Under the pieces are notes generated by a model. It was given only the letters and a program-made list of their open reading frames with translations, had not been told where the DNA came from and searched no databases. This document shows, piece after piece, positions 54,606-64,000 of a stretch of DNA of 64,000 nt. The stretch's first letter is position 1. The number at the start of each line of letters is the position of its first letter. Origin of the DNA: Planctomycetota bacterium. GTDB lineage: Bacteria; Planctomycetota; GCA-002687715; CAIWVZ01. The DNA lies in the NCBI GenBank assembly GCA_044222185.1, contig JBGANV010000001.1, positions 1 through 64,000 of the forward strand, read 5' to 3'. The position numbers and the translations under genes were made by a program.

Positions 54606-55871
54606 TCACCACTCCAGGCGGTTCCAATAAAGCTGGCCCCGATCGCGTTCCGCCGAGAACCAGTCGAGGAGAAACTTCACCGACCGCTCGATGGCGCCGT
54701 TGTGAACTTCCTTGCCATTCAGCTTGATCACGACCGGCTTGTCGAGGTCGACGAGGCCGTCAGCGAGGAGCACGGAGCCCTGCCGGAGATTGGGCCCGTC
54801 GATGTCGATGGTGTTGCCATCGACCTTCGCGTGAAACGGCGTGCCGGGACCCGATTCGTATCCGCCCGGCTTGACCTCGAGCCACCAACGGCGGCTCGTG
54901 ATCGGCTCCACGTCCTTCCCGTTCCCGTAAACGAAGAAGATGCCGCGGATCTCCTTGGGCATCGGAACGCGCGCCACCTTCGCCATGTACTCGTAGGCCT
55001 TCGGGTGGAACTCCTGCATGTAGTCGTGCCCCTTGCCCTCGACGAAGTTGAACACTCCGGGCATGGAGTTCTTCTTGTAGTACGCCTCGGCCGTGCGGAA
55101 TCCCTGCACGCGCTCATCCGTGTCCTTCAACCCCACGACGAAGTATCCGGGGATCCCGCGCAGCGTGTCCATGCACGGCTCGGGCGCCAGGTGGAACGCC
55201 CAGTGCAACCGCGCCATCGCGTAGAACGCCGCGACCCGGTGGGGCCACAGCTGCGAGAAGATGAACGACGCCCCGCCGCCTGCCGAGTGGCCGGAGAGGT
55301 AGAGGTGGTCGAGGTCGACGCTGAAGTTGTCGACGAGGTAGCGGAACAGCTTGTCGACGAACTGATAGGCGCCGGGTTGATTCCACCCCATGCGGTCGTC
55401 GCTCGGGATCTCCGGTGTCACGCACAAGAACGGCTGCTTGGCCTCGACCGTGTTCTTCGCGAAGTCGGCCGCCGTGTCGCCCGAGCCGTGGAACCGGAAG
55501 AGCACGGGCGACGGCTTCTTCGGGTCATACCCCTTCGGCAGCGTGACGATGAACTTCGCCTTCTTCACCGACGACTCGGGAATGTCGAGCGTGTCCTTCA
55601 CGAGTCGGTCGGCGGGAAGCTTCTGCCCTTTGGGCGCGGCGAACGGCAACGCCCGGAGGGCTTCCGCGATGAACTTCCGATCCTCCGGCCGAGTCGCTTC
55701 GAGCGTCTTGCGCGCCGCGTCGGCGCGCTTGGGATCGGCGCCGAAGGCCTCCGCGACGAGCCGCTTGGCATCGGACGCCAGGAGCTTCTGGCTTGGGGCC
55801 GCGTCCTGCGCGTCCACGCACACGGCGACCGCGACGATCACGCACACGGAAAGCACCCGCATCATGTCCAT
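54606..55871 (-). CDS. Secreted alpha/beta hydrolase (esterase-like)
   Basis: Signal peptide; PKGYDP, FHGSG, GHSAGG nucleophile elbow, GKGH. Confidence 0.8.
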   Translation of the reverse strand: MDMMRVLSVCVIVAVAVCVDAQDAAPSQKLLASDAKRLVAEAFGADPKRADAARKTLEATRPEDRKFIAEALRALPFAAPKGQKLPADRLVKDTLDIPESSVKKAKFIVTLPKGYDPKKPSPVLFRFHGSGDTAADFAKNTVEAKQPFLCVTPEIPSDDRMGWNQPGAYQFVDKLFRYLVDNFSVDLDHLYLSGHSAGGGASFIFSQLWPHRVAAFYAMARLHWAFHLAPEPCMDTLRGIPGYFVVGLKDTDERVQGFRTAEAYYKKNSMPGVFNFVEGKGHDYMQEFHPKAYEYMAKVARVPMPKEIRGIFFVYGNGKDVEPITSRRWWLEVKPGGYESGPGTPFHAKVDGNTIDIDGPNLRQGSVLLADGLVDLDKPVVIKLNGKEVHNGAIERSVKFLLDWFSAERDRGQLYWNRLEW

Positions 55872-55956
55872 CTCCCTCGCGCATCGCGCGGCCTGTCCGC
55901 CAGATGCGCGCGGGATCTTACACCGGGCCCGTCCGCGTGGGGCCGCCCCGCCGAAA

Positions 55957-58900
55957 TCAGGGCATGCCGGTCATCGTCGCCAGGTTCGTGAAGCGGAACA
56001 TGCTCGTGAGCGGGTTCTGGCATAGCGCCTGAACACGCAGGTTCACTCCCAGCAGGATCGACGTGGGCTCGAGCGCGAAGCCGAGCGAGACGTGGCCGAG
56101 CGCATCGGCGTTCACCGGTGGGAGCAAGACGATCGACGCCGGATCCAGCAGGAACGGCATGTCGAATCCCACACCGAGCGACGCCACGTAGGCGGCATTC
56201 AACGACGCCGCGATCAGCACGGTGCCGTTCGGGAATGCGTCGCACGCGAACGTGTAGTTGGTGCCGAGGTGGGGGAGCGTCGGCAGGGTGATCAGCGGCA
56301 TCGGGCCCGGGAACGTCGTCACCGTGCTCGGCGGCGTGATGGTCTGGGACCCCGGCACCAGATCGCAGAGTTGCAGGCTCGACGTCGTGGCGACGACCGA
56401 GTTCAGCGTGCCACGGCTCGCGGCGACGGTCGACCCCGACGCGAGTTGCAGTCCCGGCGACCCCGTCATGAGGCACGACTGGATGGCCACGGCCTGCGAG
56501 TTGGTCACACGCATGGCCGCCTTCGTCGGCCCAGCCTGCGCCGTCACCGCATCGAGGATCACCGTGCCGGCGCAGTTGGTGACCTGAACGCCGTCGTTCG
56601 CCGTGGACGTCGTGCCGATGGCGAGCCCATCGATCTCGATCACGCGCCCTGCGCCGATCCCGGTCACGACCACGGGACCCGTGGCGGTATTCACCGTCAC
56701 TCCCGGCCCGCCGACGAGGCGGAGGTTCGTCGGACCCGCGGGCCCGATCGTGAACGGCAGATATGCACCCGGTGTGACCCAGACGACCGAGTCGGGCGAC
56801 GCCGCCGCGTTGATGGCCGCCTGGATCGTCGCGAACGGTCCGCCACCACCGACCTTGTAGACGTTCGCGGGCGGGCCCGAGCTGTAGGGAACGACCGAGC
56901 CGTTCGCGAGGACGTTGATCACGTCATGCGTGAGCCGCTCCGACAGCCGGTAGAAGTACGTGGTGTTCGCCACGAGCGGCGCGTCGGCGTAGCCGTAGCC
57001 CCCGGAGCCCGGCAGGTGCTGGAACACCGTCGTGAACGGCCCACCCGCGTTCGTCGATCGCTCCAGGATGAAGATGGACACGTCGTACTCGACGGTCGTG
57101 TTCCACGAGATCGTCGCCAGCTCCGCGCCTTGCTGCACGCGGAAGTTCGCGAGCGTCGTGTGCTCGGGCGCCGTCCATGAAATCAGATTCGATGGGTCGT
57201 TCTCGAATCCCGGACCACTCCAGGCGCCCGTGAAGTTCGTGAAGCTGATCGGCGCGGAGTTGGCGAGCGTTCGGACGTTGAAGACGCCCGCGACGTTCGG
57301 CGTGTTGCGGAACACGGAATACCTCACGTTCGTCGGAGCCGTGCGGCGGATGTCCAGGAGGACCGAGTTGGCCGGTGCTCCGGTACGGAAGTCGAACGTT
57401 CCGGCACGCAGGTCGTTGGGGGGCGCCGCGATCGTCGCCGCCGCAGTGACGAGCAGGCCGCCAGTTCCGGCTTCCTTCACGACGAAGTTCTTTGCCGAGA
57501 TCGTGCCATTGATGGTGGCCGAGTATCCGCCGCCGTTCTCTCCGCTGAGCGTCGCCGCTGCGAGCGGCGTGCCCTGGAGGCTCAGGGTGCCGGTTGCGTT
57601 GACCGTCAGGAGCGTCTGGCCGGAGAGCCCGAGGTCGCTGCCCGACAGCACCGTCAGAAGGCCTGAGACCGTGACGGTCGTGGGCGCGGTCGGGTGCGAA
57701 ACGGCGAGCCGGCCCGCGGAAACCGTGAGGGTGCCGCCGGCCTGGACGTCGATGGCCGTCGTTCGGAGGAGCACCGGGGACGTCGGCGACCGGACGTTGT
57801 TCTTCACCGTGAGGATCGGGACGACGAGGGTCGACCCGGCGATCGCCGGACCGAACGTCGTCGGCGTCGGTCCGTCGAGTTCGAGGGTTCCACCCGTCGG
57901 CGCGAAGGCTGCATCCGCCACGAAGTTCCCGGCGCATCGGATCGTCGGCATGCCCGCGCTGACGGCCGTTCCGGAGAACGTCACGTTCCCGTTGACGTCG
58001 AGGATGCCGACGTTGAACGCCGACAGCGATCCGCCGGTGAACGTCGCATTGCCATTCACGGTCAGCGTGAAGGTTCCGACGGAGACCCGAAGCAGACCGG
58101 ACTGGACGGACAGGGATGAGCAAGTCGCGTTGGCGTGCAGGTCGAGCATGCCGCCTCCCGTCTTCGCCACGACGATCGGAGGGAACGGCGACGTGCTTCC
58201 GAAGCTGCCGGAAGTCGTCCCGTCGAACACGACGTTTCCGGTCATGGCGAGCGTGCCCGTGCAATCGAAGTCCCCACTCACGGTGTGGCTTCCGCCACCG
58301 GTCGTCGTGAGCGTGCCCGCCGCACCCACGTTCACGTTCCCATTGATGTCCAGCGTTCCGGGCGTGGAGAACGAGCCGTTTGCCGTGAGGCCGATGGCGA
58401 CGAACGGGGACGTGGTCGTCGTGATGGACGTGCCGGCGGCGATCACGATCACCGGCATGCCCGCGCCCGGTGCGGAGATCGTGTGTGCGCCGGGTCCGTC
58501 CATGGTGAGCGTGCCGCTCGTGACCTGAACGGCGGAGTTCATGACGAGGTTGCCCCCGCAGGACAGGGTCGGGGACGTACCGGCGAGCGTGGTCCCGGAG
58601 AACGTCACGTTGCCGTTCATGTGCAGCGTGCCGACGTTGAAGATCGTCAACACACCGCCCGCGAGCGTGGAATTGCCGTTGACCGACATGGAGAAGAACC
58701 CGACGGAGACCCGGAACGTCCCGGACGTCAGGATCAGCCCCGTGGACGTGCAGTTGCCGTTCAGGTCGACGTTGGCCGGCGGTGTCTTCGCGATCTCGAC
58801 GATGGGGAACGACGACGTGCAGCTGAGGTTCGCCGCGTTCGTGCCGTCGAGCCGCACGGTCCCGGTCATGGCGAGCGTGCCGCTGCACGTCGCGTCACCG

Positions 58901-61731
58901 CTGATCGTGTGAACACCGCCGCCGGTGGTCGTGACGACGCCCGCCGCTCCGACGCCGAACGAGCCGTTGACGTCGAGTACGCCGGACGTCGTGAAGGAGC
59001 CGTTCGTCGTGAGGCCGAGGCTCGTCAGCGGAGACGTCGCCGTCGACACGTTCGCTCCCGCGGCGATCACGAGGGCCGGGAGTCCGGCGCCCGTCGCCGA
59101 GATCGTGTGAGCCCCGGGTCCGTCCATGGTCAGCGTGCCGCTCGTCGCCTGCATCGCGGCGTTGGCGACGAGGTTGCCGGCGCAGAAGAGGTTGGGACAC
59201 GGCCCCGCGACGCTCGTCCCGGAGAACGTGACGTTCCCGTTCACGTCGATGGTGCCGACGTTGAAGATCGTGAGGCTACCACCGGCGAAGGTGGCGTTGC
59301 CGTTGACCGTCAAGGTGAAGAAGCCGACGGACACGCGCAAGTTCCCCGACGTCACGAGGAGTCCGGTCGCCGTGCAGTTCCCGTTCAGGTCCACGTTGAC
59401 GGCGCCGGTCTTCGCGACCTCGATCGTCGGGAACGGGGACGCGCCGCTAAGGTTCGCGCTCGAGGTCCCGTCGAGCCTGAGCGTGCCCGTCATCGCCAGG
59501 GTTCCGCTGCAGGAGACGTCGCCGCTGACGGTGTGTGTGCCGCCGCCGGTCGTCGTGACGGATCCGCTGGCGCCCACGCCGAAGGGTCCGTTGACGTCGA
59601 TCGTTCCCGACGTCGTGAACGCGCCGTTCGCTTGCAGGCCCGCCATCGTCAAGATGGCCGTGGTCGAAGTCGTCGTGCTTCCGCTCGCGACGACGACTGC
59701 GGGCATCGCCGCGCCTGGCGCCGCGATGGAGTGACTGCCCGCCCCGTTCATCGTGAGCGTGCCGGACGTCGCCTGCATGGCCGCGTTCGCCGTGAAATTT
59801 CCGCCGCAGGTGAGGTTCGGGCACGCGCCGCTGACCGTCGTGCCCGAGAACGTGACGTTGCCGCTCACGGCGATCGTGCCGATGTTGAAGACGGTGAGCG
59901 TCCCGCCGGCGAAGGTGGCGTTTCCATTGATCGTCAGCGTGAAGAACCCGACGGACGCGCGGACCGTACCGGACGTCACGACGAGCCCGGTGGCCGTACC
60001 GGCGCCGTTGATGTCGACGAGCGCGCCGCCCGTTTTCGCGATCTCGATCACGGGGAACGACGACGTTCCGTGCAGGTTCGCGGAGGTCGAGCCATCCATG
60101 CGCACGGTGCCCGCCATGGCGAGCGTCCCGTCGCACGTGAGGTCACCGCTCACGGTGTGGGTGCCGCCGCCGGTCGTCGTGACGGACCCGCTGGCGCCCA
60201 CGCCGAACGGCCCGTTCACGTCGATCGTTCCCGAGGTCGAAAACGTCCCGTTTGCCTGGAAGCCCGCCATGGTGATCGAGGGCGTCGTCGACGTGGTCGT
60301 GCTGCCGCTGGCGATCGAGAGACCGGGAATGGCCGCGCCAGGAGCCGAGATCGTGTGCGTCCCGCTGCCGTTCATCGTGAGGGTCCCGGACGTGGCCTGC
60401 ATGGCGGCGTTGGCCGTGAAGTTGCCGCCGCAGGTGAGGTTCGGGCAGGGGCCCGCGACGCTCGTCCCTGAGAACGTCACGTCGCCCGTGACGGCGATCG
60501 TCCCCTGGTTGAAGACGGTCAGCACTCCTCCCGAGAACGTCGCCGTGCCGTTGACCGAGAGCGTCACGAAGCCGGACGCCACCACGAACGTCCCCGAGGA
60601 GACGATGAGTCCGGCGGAGGCCGCGGGGCCGTCGAGTGTCACCGACGTTCCGGCGGTCTTCGCCACTTCGAGGGTCGGGAAGGTCGATCCGTGGACGATC
60701 GCCGTGGCGCTGCCCGTCATGCGGAGCGTGCCCGTCATGGCGAGCGTGCCGGCGGACGTGACGTCGCCCGTGACCTGGTGCACGCCACCGCCCGTGGTGA
60801 CGACGTTCCCGCCGGAGGGGACGGTGAACGACCCGTTGACCGTCATGGTGCCGGCCGTGCTGAATCCACCGTTGCACGTGAATCCAGCCATGGCGAGCGG
60901 CGACGTGGTCGTCGTCACCGTCGTGCCGGCGGCTGGCGCCAGCCCGGGGATGATCGCGCCCGGCGCCGTGACCGTTCGCGCGCCTCCGCCGTCCATCGTG
61001 AGCACGCCCGTCGTGGCCTGGACGTTGGCATCGGCGACGAAGTTCCCCGCGCAGTTGATGTTCGGGCAGGCACCGGCGACGACCGTTCCCGCGAACGTGA
61101 CGTTGCCGTTGACGTCCAGCGTGCCCTGGTTGAACGGCGTGAGGCTGCCGCCGTTCATCTGTGCGTTGCCGTTCACGGTCAGTGTGACGAACCCGAATGC
61201 CACCCGGAACGTGCCACTCGTGACCGTCAGGTTCCCGTTGATGGTCAGGGCCGAGGATAGGGAGAAGAATCGCGGCGCGGTCTTGGCGACCTCGAGGTTG
61301 ATCGACTGCGCAGCAACGCCCGAGATGACCCCGTCCAAGGTCGAGCCGACGGCACGAAGCGTCCCGTTCCCCGTCACGGTCCCGGTCAGGATCATGTCCT
61401 GGTTGACCGAGAGCGATGACGCCGGCACGACGGTGAGCGTCGCACCCGCGGAGACGCTCAGCGTCTTGCATGCCGGCGACGCGCTCCCGCTGGTCGTCGG
61501 GCTGTTGGGCGTGCCGGCCGGGATCACCGCGTCGACCCCTGCGTTCGGAAGGCCCGCAGACCAGTTGGCCGCCGTTCCCCAGGCGGAACTGGTCGTGCCG
61601 GTCCACGTGGTCGACTGACCGAATGCGCTCGAAGCCAGGACGAGCGCCAACAGGAGCGGCGCCATCCCGTTCGGACGGCGCGAAAACGGCACGGAGGCCC
61701 CAAGGGACGTGACGTCGTTGTCGAGGTTCAT
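55957..61731 (-). CDS. Giant secreted beta-rich repetitive protein (adhesin-like)
   Basis: Signal LLLALVLASSAFG (start may be at 61665); WTG..SSAW..AANW; six 208-aa repeats; FN3-like TISWNT...YFYRL; FATIQAAIN cap; C-terminal domain. Confidence 0.85.
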   Translation of the reverse strand: MNLDNDVTSLGASVPFSRRPNGMAPLLLALVLASSAFGQSTTWTGTTSSAWGTAANWSAGLPNAGVDAVIPAGTPNSPTTSGSASPACKTLSVSAGATLTVVPASSLSVNQDMILTGTVTGNGTLRAVGSTLDGVISGVAAQSINLEVAKTAPRFFSLSSALTINGNLTVTSGTFRVAFGFVTLTVNGNAQMNGGSLTPFNQGTLDVNGNVTFAGTVVAGACPNINCAGNFVADANVQATTGVLTMDGGGARTVTAPGAIIPGLAPAAGTTVTTTTSPLAMAGFTCNGGFSTAGTMTVNGSFTVPSGGNVVTTGGGVHQVTGDVTSAGTLAMTGTLRMTGSATAIVHGSTFPTLEVAKTAGTSVTLDGPAASAGLIVSSGTFVVASGFVTLSVNGTATFSGGVLTVFNQGTIAVTGDVTFSGTSVAGPCPNLTCGGNFTANAAMQATSGTLTMNGSGTHTISAPGAAIPGLSIASGSTTTSTTPSITMAGFQANGTFSTSGTIDVNGPFGVGASGSVTTTGGGTHTVSGDLTCDGTLAMAGTVRMDGSTSANLHGTSSFPVIEIAKTGGALVDINGAGTATGLVVTSGTVRASVGFFTLTINGNATFAGGTLTVFNIGTIAVSGNVTFSGTTVSGACPNLTCGGNFTANAAMQATSGTLTMNGAGSHSIAAPGAAMPAVVVASGSTTTSTTAILTMAGLQANGAFTTSGTIDVNGPFGVGASGSVTTTGGGTHTVSGDVSCSGTLAMTGTLRLDGTSSANLSGASPFPTIEVAKTGAVNVDLNGNCTATGLLVTSGNLRVSVGFFTLTVNGNATFAGGSLTIFNVGTIDVNGNVTFSGTSVAGPCPNLFCAGNLVANAAMQATSGTLTMDGPGAHTISATGAGLPALVIAAGANVSTATSPLTSLGLTTNGSFTTSGVLDVNGSFGVGAAGVVTTTGGGVHTISGDATCSGTLAMTGTVRLDGTNAANLSCTSSFPIVEIAKTPPANVDLNGNCTSTGLILTSGTFRVSVGFFSMSVNGNSTLAGGVLTIFNVGTLHMNGNVTFSGTTLAGTSPTLSCGGNLVMNSAVQVTSGTLTMDGPGAHTISAPGAGMPVIVIAAGTSITTTTSPFVAIGLTANGSFSTPGTLDINGNVNVGAAGTLTTTGGGSHTVSGDFDCTGTLAMTGNVVFDGTTSGSFGSTSPFPPIVVAKTGGGMLDLHANATCSSLSVQSGLLRVSVGTFTLTVNGNATFTGGSLSAFNVGILDVNGNVTFSGTAVSAGMPTIRCAGNFVADAAFAPTGGTLELDGPTPTTFGPAIAGSTLVVPILTVKNNVRSPTSPVLLRTTAIDVQAGGTLTVSAGRLAVSHPTAPTTVTVSGLLTVLSGSDLGLSGQTLLTVNATGTLSLQGTPLAAATLSGENGGGYSATINGTISAKNFVVKEAGTGGLLVTAAATIAAPPNDLRAGTFDFRTGAPANSVLLDIRRTAPTNVRYSVFRNTPNVAGVFNVRTLANSAPISFTNFTGAWSGPGFENDPSNLISWTAPEHTTLANFRVQQGAELATISWNTTVEYDVSIFILERSTNAGGPFTTVFQHLPGSGGYGYADAPLVANTTYFYRLSERLTHDVINVLANGSVVPYSSGPPANVYKVGGGGPFATIQAAINAAASPDSVVWVTPGAYLPFTIGPAGPTNLRLVGGPGVTVNTATGPVVVTGIGAGRVIEIDGLAIGTTSTANDGVQVTNCAGTVILDAVTAQAGPTKAAMRVTNSQAVAIQSCLMTGSPGLQLASGSTVAASRGTLNSVVATTSSLQLCDLVPGSQTITPPSTVTTFPGPMPLITLPTLPHLGTNYTFACDAFPNGTVLIAASLNAAYVASLGVGFDMPFLLDPASIVLLPPVNADALGHVSLGFALEPTSILLGVNLRVQALCQNPLTSMFRFTNLATMTGMP
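57860..61370 (-). repeat. Intragenic tandem repeat, ~6 x 624 nt
   Basis: 'AKT' anchor at 61280, 60656, 60032, 59408, 58784 and 58160, an exact 624-nt period. Confidence 0.9.
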
Positions 61732-61814
61732 ACCGGGGTGGTGTCGCGAGTGAGCCCGGGATTACGCCGCCACCACGGGCGCGTCATCGTCGACTGCGGA
61801 CCCGGGGCTGACCA

Positions 61815-62477
61815 TCACACTTCGGCGAGCTCTCCGAAGATGGATGCGGGCAATCGTAAGCGAAGCTTCTCGATCGCGCGGTGGAATCTCACGGACAGCG
61901 TGCCGGGCGCGAGGTTGAGGAGCATGGCGACCTCGCGGTTGGGGATCTGCTCGATGCCCCGCAGGATGACGACATCCCGGTCCGCCGCGTCGAGTTCCTC
62001 CAGCGCCGCCCAAAGACGCGTACGGAGTTCAGAAACCCGCATGCGCGTCGTCACGCTGGTGATGTCGGCCGGCATGCGGTCGAAGCCCGCGGCCGTGGCC
62101 GTTCCCTCGACCTCGGCGGGCGGTGCATCGGACTGCCTTCGGCGGAGGTGCTTCCGAAGGACGTTGTTCAAGATGTTCCGCAGGGTGGTGGAAAGGAACG
62201 CGAGGAAGGTCGGCGTGTCGAGCGGAGGACCGTCCGCGCGGAGACGCCGCAGGGCGACGGCCCAGACCTCCGAGACGAGATCCTCGGGGTCGCAGGCTCG
62301 GCGAACCGCGCCCTTCAGCCGATGACGCGCGGCTGCGTAAAGGAATGGGTCGAACCGCTCCACGAGCCACCCCAGGCTTTCCGCTGCCCCGTCCGCCGCG
62401 CGGCGGAAGTGGAGAGTCGTCGTTTCGCCGCCGGATGGGTCGGCGCTGCTCGACAGGTCTGGGGTCTCGGACGGCAT
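61815..62477 (-). CDS. ECF-type RNA polymerase sigma factor
   Basis: DPEDLVSEVW (sigma2); DRDVVILRGIEQIPNREVAMLL...RFHRA (sigma4). Confidence 0.88.
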   Translation of the reverse strand: MPSETPDLSSSADPSGGETTTLHFRRAADGAAESLGWLVERFDPFLYAAARHRLKGAVRRACDPEDLVSEVWAVALRRLRADGPPLDTPTFLAFLSTTLRNILNNVLRKHLRRRQSDAPPAEVEGTATAAGFDRMPADITSVTTRMRVSELRTRLWAALEELDAADRDVVILRGIEQIPNREVAMLLNLAPGTLSVRFHRAIEKLRLRLPASIFGELAEV

Positions 62478-62518
62478 TCGTCCGAAGACTACACTTCCCC
62501 CGGGCACGAATCACCGAA

Positions 62519-64000
<1,482 letters not shown>

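Overview
High-GC bacterial chromosome segment, probably Planctomycetota. That assignment is inferred from the ECF sigma/Ser-Thr kinase pair, the REP-type repeats, the integrase-core IS and the expanded prepilin genes. From left to right: (1) a HEAT-repeat gene, then a decaying ~7.1-kb island (2055-9147) integrated in the 3' half of a tRNA-Arg(TCG). The island has a 44-bp att duplication, a truncated tyrosine integrase, a degenerate IS, an AAA/DUF4143 ATPase and an AbiEi/AbiEii pair whose toxin carries two nonsense codons. (2) An ~18.7-kb, tightly coupled type IV filament/T2SS-like operon: FHA-FHA membrane protein, PilM-PilN fusion, PilO-like, TPR protein, five prepilin-like proteins (one a 1682-aa GspK/PilX-like giant with repeated phage-virion-like modules), a Zn-finger protein and a PPIase. 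No ATPase, platform or secretin gene is in the window. scpB and a SurA-like gene follow. (3) A 178-bp REP/BIME-like tandem array into which a complete 1884-nt group II intron has inserted cleanly, 4 nt after a hairpin. (4) Housekeeping genes: yidD, rnpA, ALDH, RqcH-like, ndk and a full F0F1 atp operon. (5) Several secreted proteins with a loosely shared C-terminal domain, including a 1924-aa ORF with six repeats at an exact 208-aa period, next to a divergent ECF sigma/Ser-Thr kinase pair. All calls come from reading motifs by eye; no database searches were run.
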